Positions 27,400-40,569 of a stretch of 64,000 nt of DNA are shown here, piece after piece (positions within the stretch are counted from its first letter, which is position 1; every line of letters starts with the position of its first letter). Both the position numbers and the translations under genes were made by a program. The stretch comes from the human T2T-CHM13v2.0 reference genome, Homo sapiens. The notes under the pieces are model-generated. The model saw nothing but the letters and a program-made list of their open reading frames with translations. It searched no databases and was not told the DNA's origin. The DNA lies in the NCBI RefSeq assembly GCF_009914755.1, contig NC_060936.1; one strand, 5' to 3'.

Positions 27400-29047
<1,648 letters not shown>

Positions 29048-29051
29048 GAAG

Positions 29052-29589
29052 TGTTGTAACCAAGCGAGTTGAGCAAGTTATAGAGAAATGCCGCACTCTG
29101 AGACGAATTCAGGAGTCCTGTATTAGCTGGTGACCCAGAGACGGCTAGCGCTCAAAATTCTCTCGGCCCCGAAGAAGGGGCTAGATTTTCTTTTATACTT
29201 TGGTTTCGAAAGGGTTGGGGGGGGGGGTCTAGTTAAAACAATCTTACAGAAGCAAAGTATGCAAAAAGTTAAAAGGATAAGTGGTTACAAGCAAGCAAAC
29301 AGTTCCAGGTGCAGGGGCTTTGAATCTATCACACGGTGACAGATGAGGGGCTTTGGGCGTTACCAACCAGACACAAACGCGGGGGCTTTGGGTGCTATTA
29401 ATGGGGCAAATTCCTGGGAACTGCAGATATAGCTTGCCACAGAATCTTATCAGTTCATTGCATTCTTGGATGTGCTGGGAGTCAGCTTCCACAAGTTAAG
29501 TCCTTGAGGAAGGGGGTGGGTAAGGGGCTGCAAGTGAAGGAGCCAAGATAGAGTCTGTCTGGCTCTCTTAGCTAAAGGAGAGTCAATTC
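29052..29589 (-). mobile_element. Solo LTR6B-like (HERV-T/S71) LTR, major part
   Basis: Starts tgttgtaacc after GAAG; matches recalled LTR6 (gagacggctagcgctcaaaattctctcggccccgaagaagggg); completed at 37666-37691. Confidence 0.82.
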
Positions 29590-30091
29590 TCTCAGGCCTC
29601 TGAGCCCAAGCCAAACCATCGCATCCCCTGTGACTTGCACGAATTCACCCAGATGGCCTGAAATAACTGAAGAATCACAAAAGAAGTGAAAATGCCCTGC
29701 CCCAGCTTAACTGATCACATTCTACCACAAAAGAAGTGTAAATGGCTGGTCCTTGCCTTAACTGATCACATTCCACCACAAAAGAAGTGAAAATGTCCAG
29801 TCCTTGCCTTAAGTGATGACGTTACCTTGTGAAAGTCCTTTTCCTGCCTCATCCTGGCTCAAAAATCCCCCACACTGAGCACTTTGTGACCCCCACTTCT
29901 GCCCTCCACAGAACAAACCCCCTTTGACTGTAATTTTCCTTTGCCTACCCAAATCTTATAAAATGGCCCCACCCCTATCTCCCTTGGCTGACTCTCTTTT
30001 CGGACTCAGCCCGCCTGCACCCAGATGATTAAAAGCTTTATTGCTCACACAAAGCCTGTTTGGTGGTCTCTTTATACGGACGCGCATGAAA
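29590..30091 (+). promoter_or_regulatory. 5' LTR7 with three U3 type-I repeats
   Basis: t(c)tcaggcctctgagcccaag start, three cacaaaagaagtg units, TATAAAA at 29957, ATTAAA, ends catgaaa. Confidence 0.95.
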
Positions 30092-30093
30092 TT

Positions 30094-30111
30094 TGATGCC
30101 GTGACTCGGAT
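30094..30111 (+). other. Primer binding site, tRNA-His
   Basis: TGATGCCGTGACTCGGAT, 17/18 match to TGGTGCCGTGACTCGGAT. Confidence 0.92.
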
Positions 30112-30234
30112 TGGGGGACCTCCCTTGGGAGATCAATTCCCTGTCCTCCTGCTCTTTGCTCCATGAGAAAGGTTCACCTACGACCTCAGGTCCTCAGACT
30201 GACCAGCCCAAAAAACATCTCACCAATTTCAAAT

Positions 30235-30243
30235 CCGGTAAGC
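30235..30243 (+). promoter_or_regulatory. HERV-H major splice donor
   Basis: CCG|GTAAGC about 145 nt downstream of the 5' LTR, the usual HERV-H donor position. Confidence 0.75.
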
Positions 30244-30499
30244 GGCCTCTTTTACTCTCTTCTGCAACCTCCCTCAGTATCCCTCAACCTCTTTCTCCAT
30301 TCAATCTTGGCACCACACTTCAATCTCCCCCTTCACTTAATTTCAATTCCTTTCATTTTCTGGTAGAGAAAAATGAGACGTTTTATCCATGGACCCAAAA
30401 CTCCGGCGCCGACCACGGGCTATGGAAGGCAGCCTTCCCTTGGTGTTTAATCATTGCAGGGACACCTCTCTGATTATTCACCCAGGTTTCAGAGGTATC

Positions 30500-31359
30500 T
30501 TTCTAATCTTCCTTTTCTACAGACCCATCTGACCTCTCCCCTCCTCGCAAGGCTGAGCTAGGTCCCATTTCTTCCTCAGCCTCCCCTCCTCCACCCTATA
30601 ATCCTTTTATCACCTCCCCTCCTCACACCTGGTCTGGCTTACAGTTTCGTTCTGTGACTAGCCCTCCCCCACCTGCCCAGCAATTTACTCTTAAAAAGGT
30701 GGTTGGAGCTAAAGGCATAGTCAAGGTTAATGCTCCTTTTTCTTTATCCCAAATCAGATAGCGTTTAGGCTCTTTTTCATCAAGTACAAAAATCCAGCCC
30801 AGTTCGTGGCTCGTTTGGCAGCAACCCTGAGACACTTTACAGCTCTAGACCCTAGAAACTCAAAAGGCATCTTATTCTCAATATACATTTTATTACCCAA
30901 TCTGCTCCCTACATTAAATAAAACTCCAAAAATTAAATTCTGGCCCTCAAACCCCACAACAGGACTTAATTAACCTCGCCTTCAAGGTGTACAATAATAG
31001 AGGCAGCCAAGTACCAACATATTTCTGAGTTGCAATTCCTTGCCTCCACTGTGAGACAAACCCCAGCCACATCTCCAGCACACAAGAACTTCCAAACGCC
31101 CAAACCGCAGGGGCCAGGTGTTCCTCCAGAACCACCTTCCCCAGGAGCTTGCTACAAGTGCCAGAAATCTGGCCACCAGGCCCAGGAATTCCCGCAGCCC
31201 AGGATTCCTCCTAAGCCATGTCCCATCTGTACAGGACCCCACTGGAAATCGGACTGTTCAACTCACTTGGCAGCCACTCCCAGAGCCCCTGGAACTCTGG
31301 CCCAAGGCTCTCTGACTGACTCGTTCCCAGATCTTCTTGGCTTAGCAGCTGAAGACTGA
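30500..31359 (+). pseudogene. gag: HERV-H gag remnant (deleted; NC zinc knuckles)
   Basis: ORF 31030..31359: CYKCQKSGHQAQEF (last Cys lost) and CPICTGPHWKSDC. Confidence 0.88.
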
Positions 31360-34300
31360 CGCTGCCCAATCGCCTCAGAAGCTCCGTAGACCATCACGGA
31401 TGCCGAGCTTTACGTAACTCTCACAGTGGAGGTTAAGTCCGTCCCCTCCTTAATCAATACAGAGGCTACCTACTCCACATTACCTCCTTTTCAAGGGCCT
31501 GTTTCCCTTGCCTCCATAACTGTTGTGGGTATTGACAGCTAGGCTTCTAAACCTCTTAAAACTCCCCAACTCTGGTGCCAACTTAGACAATACTCTTTTA
31601 AGCACTCCTTTTAGTTATCCCCACCTGCCGAGTTCCCTTATTAGGCCAAGATACTTTAACTAAATTATCTGCTTCCCTGACTATTCCTGGATTACAGCTA
31701 CATCTCACTGCCTCCCTTCTTCCCAATCCAAAGCCTCCTTTGCTCTTCCTCTCATATCCCCCCACCTTAACCCACAAGTATGGGACATCTCTACTCCTTC
31801 CCTGGCAACTGATCACATGCCCATTACCATCCCATTAAAACCTAATCACCCTTAACCCACTCAACGCCAATATCCCATTCCACAGCATGCTTTAAAATAA
31901 AAGGATTAAAGCCTATTATTACTCGCCTGCTACAGCATGGGCTTCTAAAACCTATAAACTCTCCTTACAATTCCCCCATTTTACCTGTCCAAAAACCAGA
32001 CAAGTCTTACAGATTAGTTCAGGATCTGCGCCTTATCAACAAAATTGTTTTGCCTATCCACCCTGTGGTGCCCAACCCGTAAACTCTTTTGTCCTCAATA
32101 CCTTCCTCCATAACTCACTATTCCATTCTTGATCTTAAAGATGCTTTTTTCACTATTCCCCTGCACCCTTAGTCCCAGCCTCTCTTTGCTTTCACCTGGA
32201 CTGACCCTGACACCCATCAGTACCAGCAGCTTACCTGGGCTATACTGCCGCAAGGTTTCAGGGACAACCCTCATTACTTTAGCCAAGCTCTTTCTCATGA
32301 TTTACTTTCTTTCCACCCCTCTGCTTCTCACCTTATTCAATATATTGATGACCTTCGTCTTTGTAGCCCCTCCTTTGAATCTTCTCAAGGTGACACACTT
32401 CTGCTCCTTCAGCATTTATTCTCCAAAGGATATCGGGTATCCCCCTCCAAAGCTCAAATTTCTTCTCCATCGGTTACCTACCTCAGCATAATTCTTCATA
32501 AAAAACTCTCCCTGCCGATCGCGTCTGACTAACCTCTCAAACCTCAACCCCTTCTACAAAACAACAACTCCTTTCCTTCCTGGGCATGGTTGGATACTTT
32601 CGCCTTTGGATACCTAGTTTTGCCATCCTAACAAAACCACTATATAAACTCACAAAAGGAAACCTAGCTGACCCCATAGATCCTAAATCCTTTCCCCACT
32701 CCTCTTTCCATTCCTTGAAGCTTTAGAGACTGCCCCCACTCTAGCTCTCCCTGACTCATCCCAACCCTTTTCATTACACACAGCTGAAGTGCAGGGCTGT
32801 GCAGTCGGAATTCTTACACAAGGACCGGGATCACGTCCTGTAGCCTTTTTGTCCAAACAACTTGACCTTAATGTTTTAGGCTGGCCATCATGTCTCTGTG
32901 CAGCAGCTGCTGCCGCCCTAATACTTTTAGAGGCCCTCAATATCACAAACTATGCTCAACTCACTCTCTACAGCTCTCATAATTTCCAAAATCTATTTTC
33001 TTCCTCACACCTGACTCATATACTTTCTGCTCCCCGGCTCCTTCAGCTGTACTCACTCATTGTTGAGTCTCCCACAATTACCATTGTTCCTGGCCAGGAC
33101 TTCAATCAGGCCTCCCACATTATTCCTGATACCACACCTGTCCCCCATAACTGCATCTCTCTGATCCACCTGACGTTCATCCCATTTCCCCACATTTCCT
33201 TCTTCCCTGTTTCTCACCCTGATCACACTTGGTTTATTGATGGCAGTTCCACCAGGCCTAATCGCCACTCACCAGCAAAGGCAGGCTATGCTATAGTATC
33301 TTCCACATCTATCATTGAGGCTACCACTCTGCCCCCCTCCACTACCTCTCGACAAGCCAAACTAGTTGCCTTAACTCAAGCCCTCACTCTTGTAAAAGGA
33401 CTACGCATCAATATCTATACTGATTCTAAATATGCCTTTCATATTCTGCACCACCATGTGGTCACATGGGCTGAAAGAGGTTTCCTCACTACACAAGCAT
33501 CCTCCATCATTAATGCCTCTTTAATAAAAACTCTACTCAAGGCCGCTTTACTTCCAAAGGAAGCTGGGGTCATTCACTGCAAGGGGCATCAAAAGGCATC
33601 AGATCCCATTGCTCTAGGCAATGTTTATGCTGATAAGGTGGCTAGACAAGCAGCTAGCTTTCCAATTTCTGTCTCTCAGAGCAACACTTATGCTGATAAG
33701 GTGGCTAGACGAGAAGCTAGCTCTCCAACTTCTGTCCCTCATGGCCAGTTTTTCTCCTTCACATTGGTCACTCCCACCTACTCCCCCGCTGAAACTTACA
33801 CCTATCAATCTCTTCCCACATAAGGCAAATGGTTCTTAGACCAAGGAAAATATCTCCTTCCAGCCTCACAGGCCCATTCTATTCTGTTGTCATTTCATAA
33901 CCTCTTCCATGTAGGTTACAAGTCGCTAGCCTGTCTCTTAGAACCTCTCATTTCCTTTCCATCTTGGAAATCTATCCTTAAGGAGATCACTTCAGGAGAT
34001 CACTTCTCAGTGTTCCATCTGCTATTCTACTACCCCTCAGGGATTGTTCAGGCCTCCTCCCTTTCCTACACATCAAGCTCGGGGATTTGCCCCTGCCCAG
34101 GACTGGCAAATTGACTTTACTCACATGCCTCGAGTCAGAAAACTAAAATATCTCTTAGTCTGGGTAGACACTTTCACTGGATGGGTAGAGGCCTTCCCCA
34201 CAGGGTCTGAGAAGGCCACCGCAGTCATTTCCTCCCTTCTGTCAGACATAATTCCTCATTTTGGCCTTCCCACCTCTATACAGTCTGATAACAGACCAGT

Positions 34301-34946
34301 CTTTACTAGTCAAATCACCCAAGCAGTTTCTCAGGCTCTTGGTATTCAGTGGAACCTTCATATCCCTTACCATCCCCAATCTTCAGGAAAGGTAGAACAG
34401 ACTAATGGTCTTCTAAAGACACACCTCACCAAGCTCAGCCTCCAACTTAAAAAGGACTGGACAGTACTTTTACCTCTTGCCCTTCTCAGAATTAGAGCCT
34501 GTCTTCGAGATGCTACAGGGTACAGTCCATTTGAACATTTATATGGATGCATTTTCTTGGTTGGCCCCAACCTCATCCCAGACACCAGCCCTCTAGGCGA
34601 CTATCTTCCAGTCCTCCAACAGGCTAGACAGGAAATCCGCCAGGCTGCTAATCTTCTCTTGCCTACTCCAGATCCCCAGCCATATGAAGACACCCTAGCT
34701 GGACGATCAGTTCTTGTTAAGAGTCTGACCCCTCAAACTCTACAACCTCAATGGACCGGACCCTACTTAGTCATCTATAGTACCCCGACTGCTGTCTGCC
34801 TACAGGATCCTCCCCACTGGGTTCACCGTTCCAGAATAAAGCTGTGTCCATTGGACAGCCAGCCTAATCCCTCTTCTTCCTCCTGGAAGTCGCAAGTCCT
34901 CTCCCCTACTTCCCTTAAACTCACTCATATTTATGAAGAACAGTAA
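31360..34946 (+). pseudogene. pol: HERV-H pro-pol (PR, RT, RNase H, IN), disrupted
   Basis: YIDD at 32341; DLKDAFF and LPQGF motifs; RNase H FIDGSS/IYTDSKYA in ORF 32789..33823; IN WQIDF..QSDN..SSGKVE and WTGPY in 34044..34946; stops and frameshifts in PR and RT. Confidence 0.93.
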
Positions 34947-35240
34947 TAACCCTTATGAGCCTAATATATCCCTTCATTCTATTAGGTCTATTCGTCCTTA
35001 CCCTACTTTTTGCAACAGGCTTTACGAAGTCACCCCCACCATTTAGGCCAAGCCCCAAAAAACTTGTCATCCCTACTATTTTCTCTCTAGTCATACTCCT
35101 ATTCTCCGTTCTCAACTACTTATAAATGCCCTACTCTTGTTTACACTGCTGGTTTACACTGTTTCTTCAAGCCATCACAGCTGATATCTCTTGGTGCTAT
35201 CCCCAAACCGCCACTCTTAATTCCCTCTTAGAGTGGGTAG

Positions 35241-36997
35241 ATGATCTTTGCTGGCAGGGCACCCTCCAATACTTCCACACTGATGAAGCTCTATTCTTTA
35301 CTTTTATACTCACTCTTATTCTCATTCCCATTCTTATGCCACCCTTTACCTCTCCCCAGCTATCTCCACCACACTATCAACCTTACCCATTCTCTCCTAG
35401 CTGCTTCTAATCTCTCCTTAGCGAACAACTTCTGGCTTTGCATTTCCCTTTCTTCCAGTGCCTACACAGCTGTCCCCATCTTACAGGCACTCTGGGCAAC
35501 ATTTCCTGTCTCCTTATGCCTCCAAACTTCCTTTAACAGCCCTCACCTTTACCCTCCTGAAGAACTCATTTACTTTCTAGACAGGTCCAGCAAGACTTCC
35601 CCAGACATTTCACATCAGCAAGCTGCCGCCCTCCTCTGCACTTATTTAAAAAACCTTTCTCCTTATGTTAACTCTACTCTCCCCATATTTGGACCTCTCA
35701 CAACACAAACTACTATTCCTGTAGCCGCTCCTTTATGTATCTCTCGGCAAAGACCCACTGGAATTCCCCTAGGTAATCTTTCACCTTCTCGATGTTCCTT
35801 TACTCTTCATCTCCGAAGCCCAACTACACACATCACTGAAACAATGGGAGACTTCCAGCTCCATATTACAGACAAGCCCTCTAACAATACTGACAAACTC
35901 AAAAACATTAGCAGTAATTATTGCTTAGGAAGACACTTACCCTGTATTTCACTCCATACTTGGCTACCTTCCCCTTGCTCGTCAGACTCTCCTCCCAGGC
36001 CCTCTTCTTGTTTACTTAAACCCAGCCCTGAAAATAACAGTGAAAGGTTGTTCATAGATGCTCAATGTTTTCTCATACACCATGAAAATCAAACCTCCCC
36101 CTCTACACAGTTACCCCATCAGTCCCCATTACAACCTCTGATGGCTGCCGCCCTAGCTGGATCCCTAGGAGTCTGGCTACAAGACACCCCTTTTCAGCAC
36201 TCCTTCTCACCTTTTTTACTTTGCATCTCCAGTTTTGCCTCGCACAAGGTCTCTTCTTCCTCTGTGGATCCTCTACTTACATGTGTCTACCTGCTAATTG
36301 GACAGGTACATGCACACTAGTTTTCCTTACCCCCATAATTCAATTTGCAAATGGGACCGAAGAGCTCGCTGTTCCCCTCATGACACTGACACAACAAAAA
36401 AGAGTTATTCTACTAATTCCCTTGCTGATCGGTTTAGGACTTTCTGCCTCCACTATTGCTCTCGGTACTGGAATAGCAGGCATTTCAACCTCTGTCACAA
36501 CCTTCCATAGCCTGTATAATGACTTCTCTGCTAGCATCACAGACATGTCACAAACTTTATCAGTCCTCCAGGCCCAAGTTGACTTTTTAGCTGCAGTTGT
36601 CCTCCAAAACTGCCAAGGCCTTGTCTTACTCACTGCTGAAAAAGGAGGACTCTGTATTTTCTTAAATGAAGAGCGTTGTTTTTACCTAAATCAATCTGGC
36701 CTGGTGTATGACAACATAAAAAAACTCAAGGATAGAGCCCAAAAACTTGCCAACCAAGCAAGTAATTATGCTGAACCCCCTTGGGCACTCTCTAATTGGA
36801 TGTCGTAGGTCCTTCCACTTCTTAGTCCTTTAATACCCATTTTTCTCCTTCTTTTATTCGGACCTTGTATCTTCCGTTTAGTTTCTCAATTCATCCAAAA
36901 CCGTATCCAGGCCATCACCAATCATAATATATGACAAATGTTTCTTCTAACATCCCCACAATATCACCCCTTACCACAAGATCTCCCTTCAGCTTAA
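35241..36997 (+). pseudogene. env: HERV-H env, full length but frameshifted and prematurely stopped
   Basis: MIFAGRAPSNTSTLMK start as in HERV-H Env; ORFs 35241..36320 and 36221..36808 differ by +2; QQKR cleavage site, fusion peptide, ISD LQNCQGLVLL; TAG at 36806; ancestral end ..QDLPSA* at 36997. Confidence 0.93.
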
Positions 36998-37162
36998 TCT
37001 CTCCCACTCTAGGTTCCCACGCCGCCCCTAATCCTGCTTGAAGCAGTGCTGAGAAACATCGCCCATTCTCTCTCTCCATACCACCTCCCCAAAAATTTTC
37101 ACCGCCCCAACACTTCAACACTATTTTGTTTCATTTTTCTTATTAGTATAAGAAGGCAGGAA

Positions 37163-37660
37163 TGTCAGGCCTCTGAGCCCAAGCCAAGCCATCGCATCCC
37201 CTGTGACTTGCACGTATTCACCCAGATGGCCTGAAGTAACTGAAGAATCACAAAAGAAGTGAAAATGCCCTGCCCCGCCTTAACTGATCACATTCTACCG
37301 CAAAAGAAGTGTAAATGGCCGGTCCTTGCCTTAACTGATGACATTCCACCACAAAAGAAGTGAAAATGGCCAGTCCTTGCCTTAAGTGATGACATTACCT
37401 TGTGAAAGTCCTTTTCCTGGCTCATCCTGGCTCAAAAAGCTCCCCCACTGAGCACCTTGCGACCCCCACTCCTGCCAGCCAGAGAACAAACCCCCTTTGA
37501 CTGTAATTTTCCTTTACCTACCCAAATCCTATAAAATGGCCCCACCCCTATCTCCCTTTGCTCTCTTTTCGGACTCAGCCCGCCTGCACCCAGGTGATTA
37601 AAAGCTTTATTGCTCACGCAAAGCCTGTTTGGTGGTCTCTTCACATGGACACGCATGAAA
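37163..37660 (+). promoter_or_regulatory. 3' LTR7
   Basis: Direct repeat of the 5' LTR; ATTAAA at 37597. Confidence 0.95.
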
Positions 37661-37665
37661 AATTC

Positions 37666-37691
37666 AGGTTACAAGAAGGTAGGGTATCACA
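37666..37691 (-). mobile_element. Detached 5' terminus of the LTR6B-like LTR
   Basis: aggttacaagaaggtagggtatcaCA followed by GAAG (37692-37695), matching GAAG at 29048-29051. Confidence 0.8.
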
Positions 37692-37765
37692 GAAGGAGGA
37701 AAAGAAAAAAAAATATGAGGTTGGAGGAAGCATATCCTAAGGAATGATAAAATTAGTCATTATTT

Positions 37766-38060
<295 letters not shown>

Positions 38061-40278
38061 TTATAACTGCTAATATAGTTTTCATGATTCACACAGGGTA
38101 ATCAATAGAACTTAAAACCATTGCTGGCGTGTTGGATAAAAAGGTATTTACAAGATCTCAGAGTATCACTCACATGTTACTTATTAACTACCAAGGAGAA
38201 AATGTCCCTATACAATGAAGAGATCTGGGTGTGACTCCTTATCTTGAAAGATACATGCTGAAGTAATTAGAAGTAAAATGTGTTGATGTCTGCAGCATTT
38301 ATTTGGAGAAAGTGGGAAATGTAGAGCCGGTTGATAGGACATTACTGATTAATAAATGTCTATGATGAGTATTCAGGTGCTCATTTTCCTGTTTATTCAA
38401 CGTTTTGAGCATCCAAAATTTTTCAAAATAAAAGCCAAATGCTTACAAATTTAAAAAGCAGACCTCTAAAATGATGTATGTTTTTTCTTTGAAAGCTGAT
38501 TTCTCACTTAAATAAATTTGGTGTGGTCCAAACTAATTATCAAAGCATGAATCTTTTTAAGGATATTATTAATTGAAATTAAAAGCTGTGACAGTAACTG
38601 TTGAAAATGAAGTGGCTAGATTATGAGCAAGTTTCTTTTTTCACAGGGTCTGATCCATATTATTTCAAGTGTTCTGCTCTTTTGATTAGAAACACCAAGG
38701 TTTTATTTAATTGTATAAATTATGCCCCTGGCTTTAGAAACTAACAAAATAAATGGGAAAAAATTAATTACAAAATTGTTGGAATCAACCATCGAACAGC
38801 AGGATATAAGCATCATAAAATTAGCATTTTCATGTAATCGTTTTAGAGACACCTGCTAAGTTCAAATAGATTCTATACACAGATAATATTTTCAAAGTAT
38901 TTTTACCCAAATTCTTAAATTTATATTGAGCCTTGTAACAACATATGGAATCAGTAAAGATTCTAAGAGAGACAATTCTTACCTCTCAACAAGAAATGAG
39001 GAGAGCTATGGCTTATTTACTCTGAATCCATATTCACAAAGAAGGTGGTGGATACTTTGAAAAACAGATGTTATTTGCCTTATTTCTCACGTCTGGGAAT
39101 GCTTCCAAAGCCTAAGTTATCTTAATTTGCTAAAAAAGAACTCATTTAGTGAAGTCTTGTAAGAATATATTTTTTCCTTCTTATCATTCCATTCTCACAA
39201 GCATGAAATAAAAGTGCTTTTGTTTACTAAGAAATGTGTGCAGTTTTCTAAATGTATTGTGAGGGTAGGGGTTGAATATTCCTGACAATCTCTCAAATAT
39301 TCCTCTCCCTATTATGTAACCTACAAAAAGAGATTTATCACTTTTTTGTATTCACAATATCTGGCATTGTATGAGGTTCTTAGTAAACATGTGTTATTAA
39401 AAATGAATTCTATTCATGAAATACTTTTTCTAATAGACTGTACCTCCTTTCAAGGTCCTTATGAGCAACATTTCTCTCTGATTGAGTCATGATTACTTCA
39501 ATTTCTCATTCAACAAATATATATTGAAAGTATATTGCTTTCTTACATTAGCCTGTCAGATCCTACATTAGCTTATGGATTTACAAAAATTATTAAGACA
39601 TGGCCCCTGCCCTTCAGGGGATCTTAAATCTAAAAAGTGGAGAAACATGAAAACAGATCTTGGAAACACAATCTAGGGCAATAGAGGAAATATCAGCAAA
39701 GAACCATGGGGCCAAAATAATTGGTAAGAATATGTTTGTCCTCATTTCAAATGTCAAGTTTCTTTTCCTTTGTATAAGAATTTTTTAAGATAAGAGCAGG
39801 CAGTCACCTTAAACAGTCATCTTAAACTTAAACACCTTAAAAGTCACCTTTAAAAAGTCTTAATATTTAGAGATAAACCTATATATATTATCAAAGATAA
39901 GAAGTAAAGGCTGAGAAAAGTTAATGACAAAATAAGAATCTAGAAAAATGATTACTGCAATTCACCATTTAATAATCTATACTTATTTCAATATCCCAAA
40001 TTTTTTTTGTTTCTGTCAAATATAATCTATTCATAGGAATTTCTGGTAAAAAATGTATTTGACACTTTTGAGTTCCTTGAATTCTTGTATTTGCTTGAAA
40101 CTAAATGTTTATTTATTGCATTGCATCCAGTTATCAAATGCTAGTGAGGTCAAGTGTATAGCAGAGGAAAGATGTCTTATCATAAATGCTGTTTAGGACC
40201 TCTGAAAATATCAAGTATTTTACTGATCATACAGACCTACCTCTGATATAAGAGGAAGTGTGAATTTCACTTTGACAC

Positions 40279-40569
40279 TTTTTTTTTGAGACGGAGTCTC
40301 AGTCTGTTGCCAGGCTAGAGTGCAGTGACGCATCTCGGCTCACGGCAGCCTCCGCATTCCGGGTTCAAGCGATTCTCCTGCCTTAGCCTGCCGAATAGCT
40401 GGGACTACAGGCACGTGCCACTACACCTGGCTAATTTTTATATTTTTTTTTAGTAGAGACGGGGTTTCACTTGGCTGGCCAGGATGGTCTCGATCTCCTG
40501 AACTCGTGATTAGCACACATCGGCCTCCCAAAGTGCTGGGATTACAGGCGTGAGCCACTGTGCCTGGCC
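40279..40569 (-). mobile_element. AluSc-like
   Basis: Antisense Alu; TSD tcactttgaca. Confidence 0.93.

Larger units (their letters stand above)
29590..37660 (+). mobile_element. HERV-H provirus, env-containing, 8071 bp
   Basis: LTR7 pair (29590-30091, 37163-37660), TSD AATTC (29585-29589 / 37661-37665), His PBS, gag-pro-pol-env remnants, PPT aagaaggcaggaa. Confidence 0.97.

Noticed and set aside
32789-33823. Replication-competent HERV-H pol
   Set aside because: Upstream PR and RT contain stops and frameshifts, gag is deleted, and TAA at 33821 separates RNase H from IN
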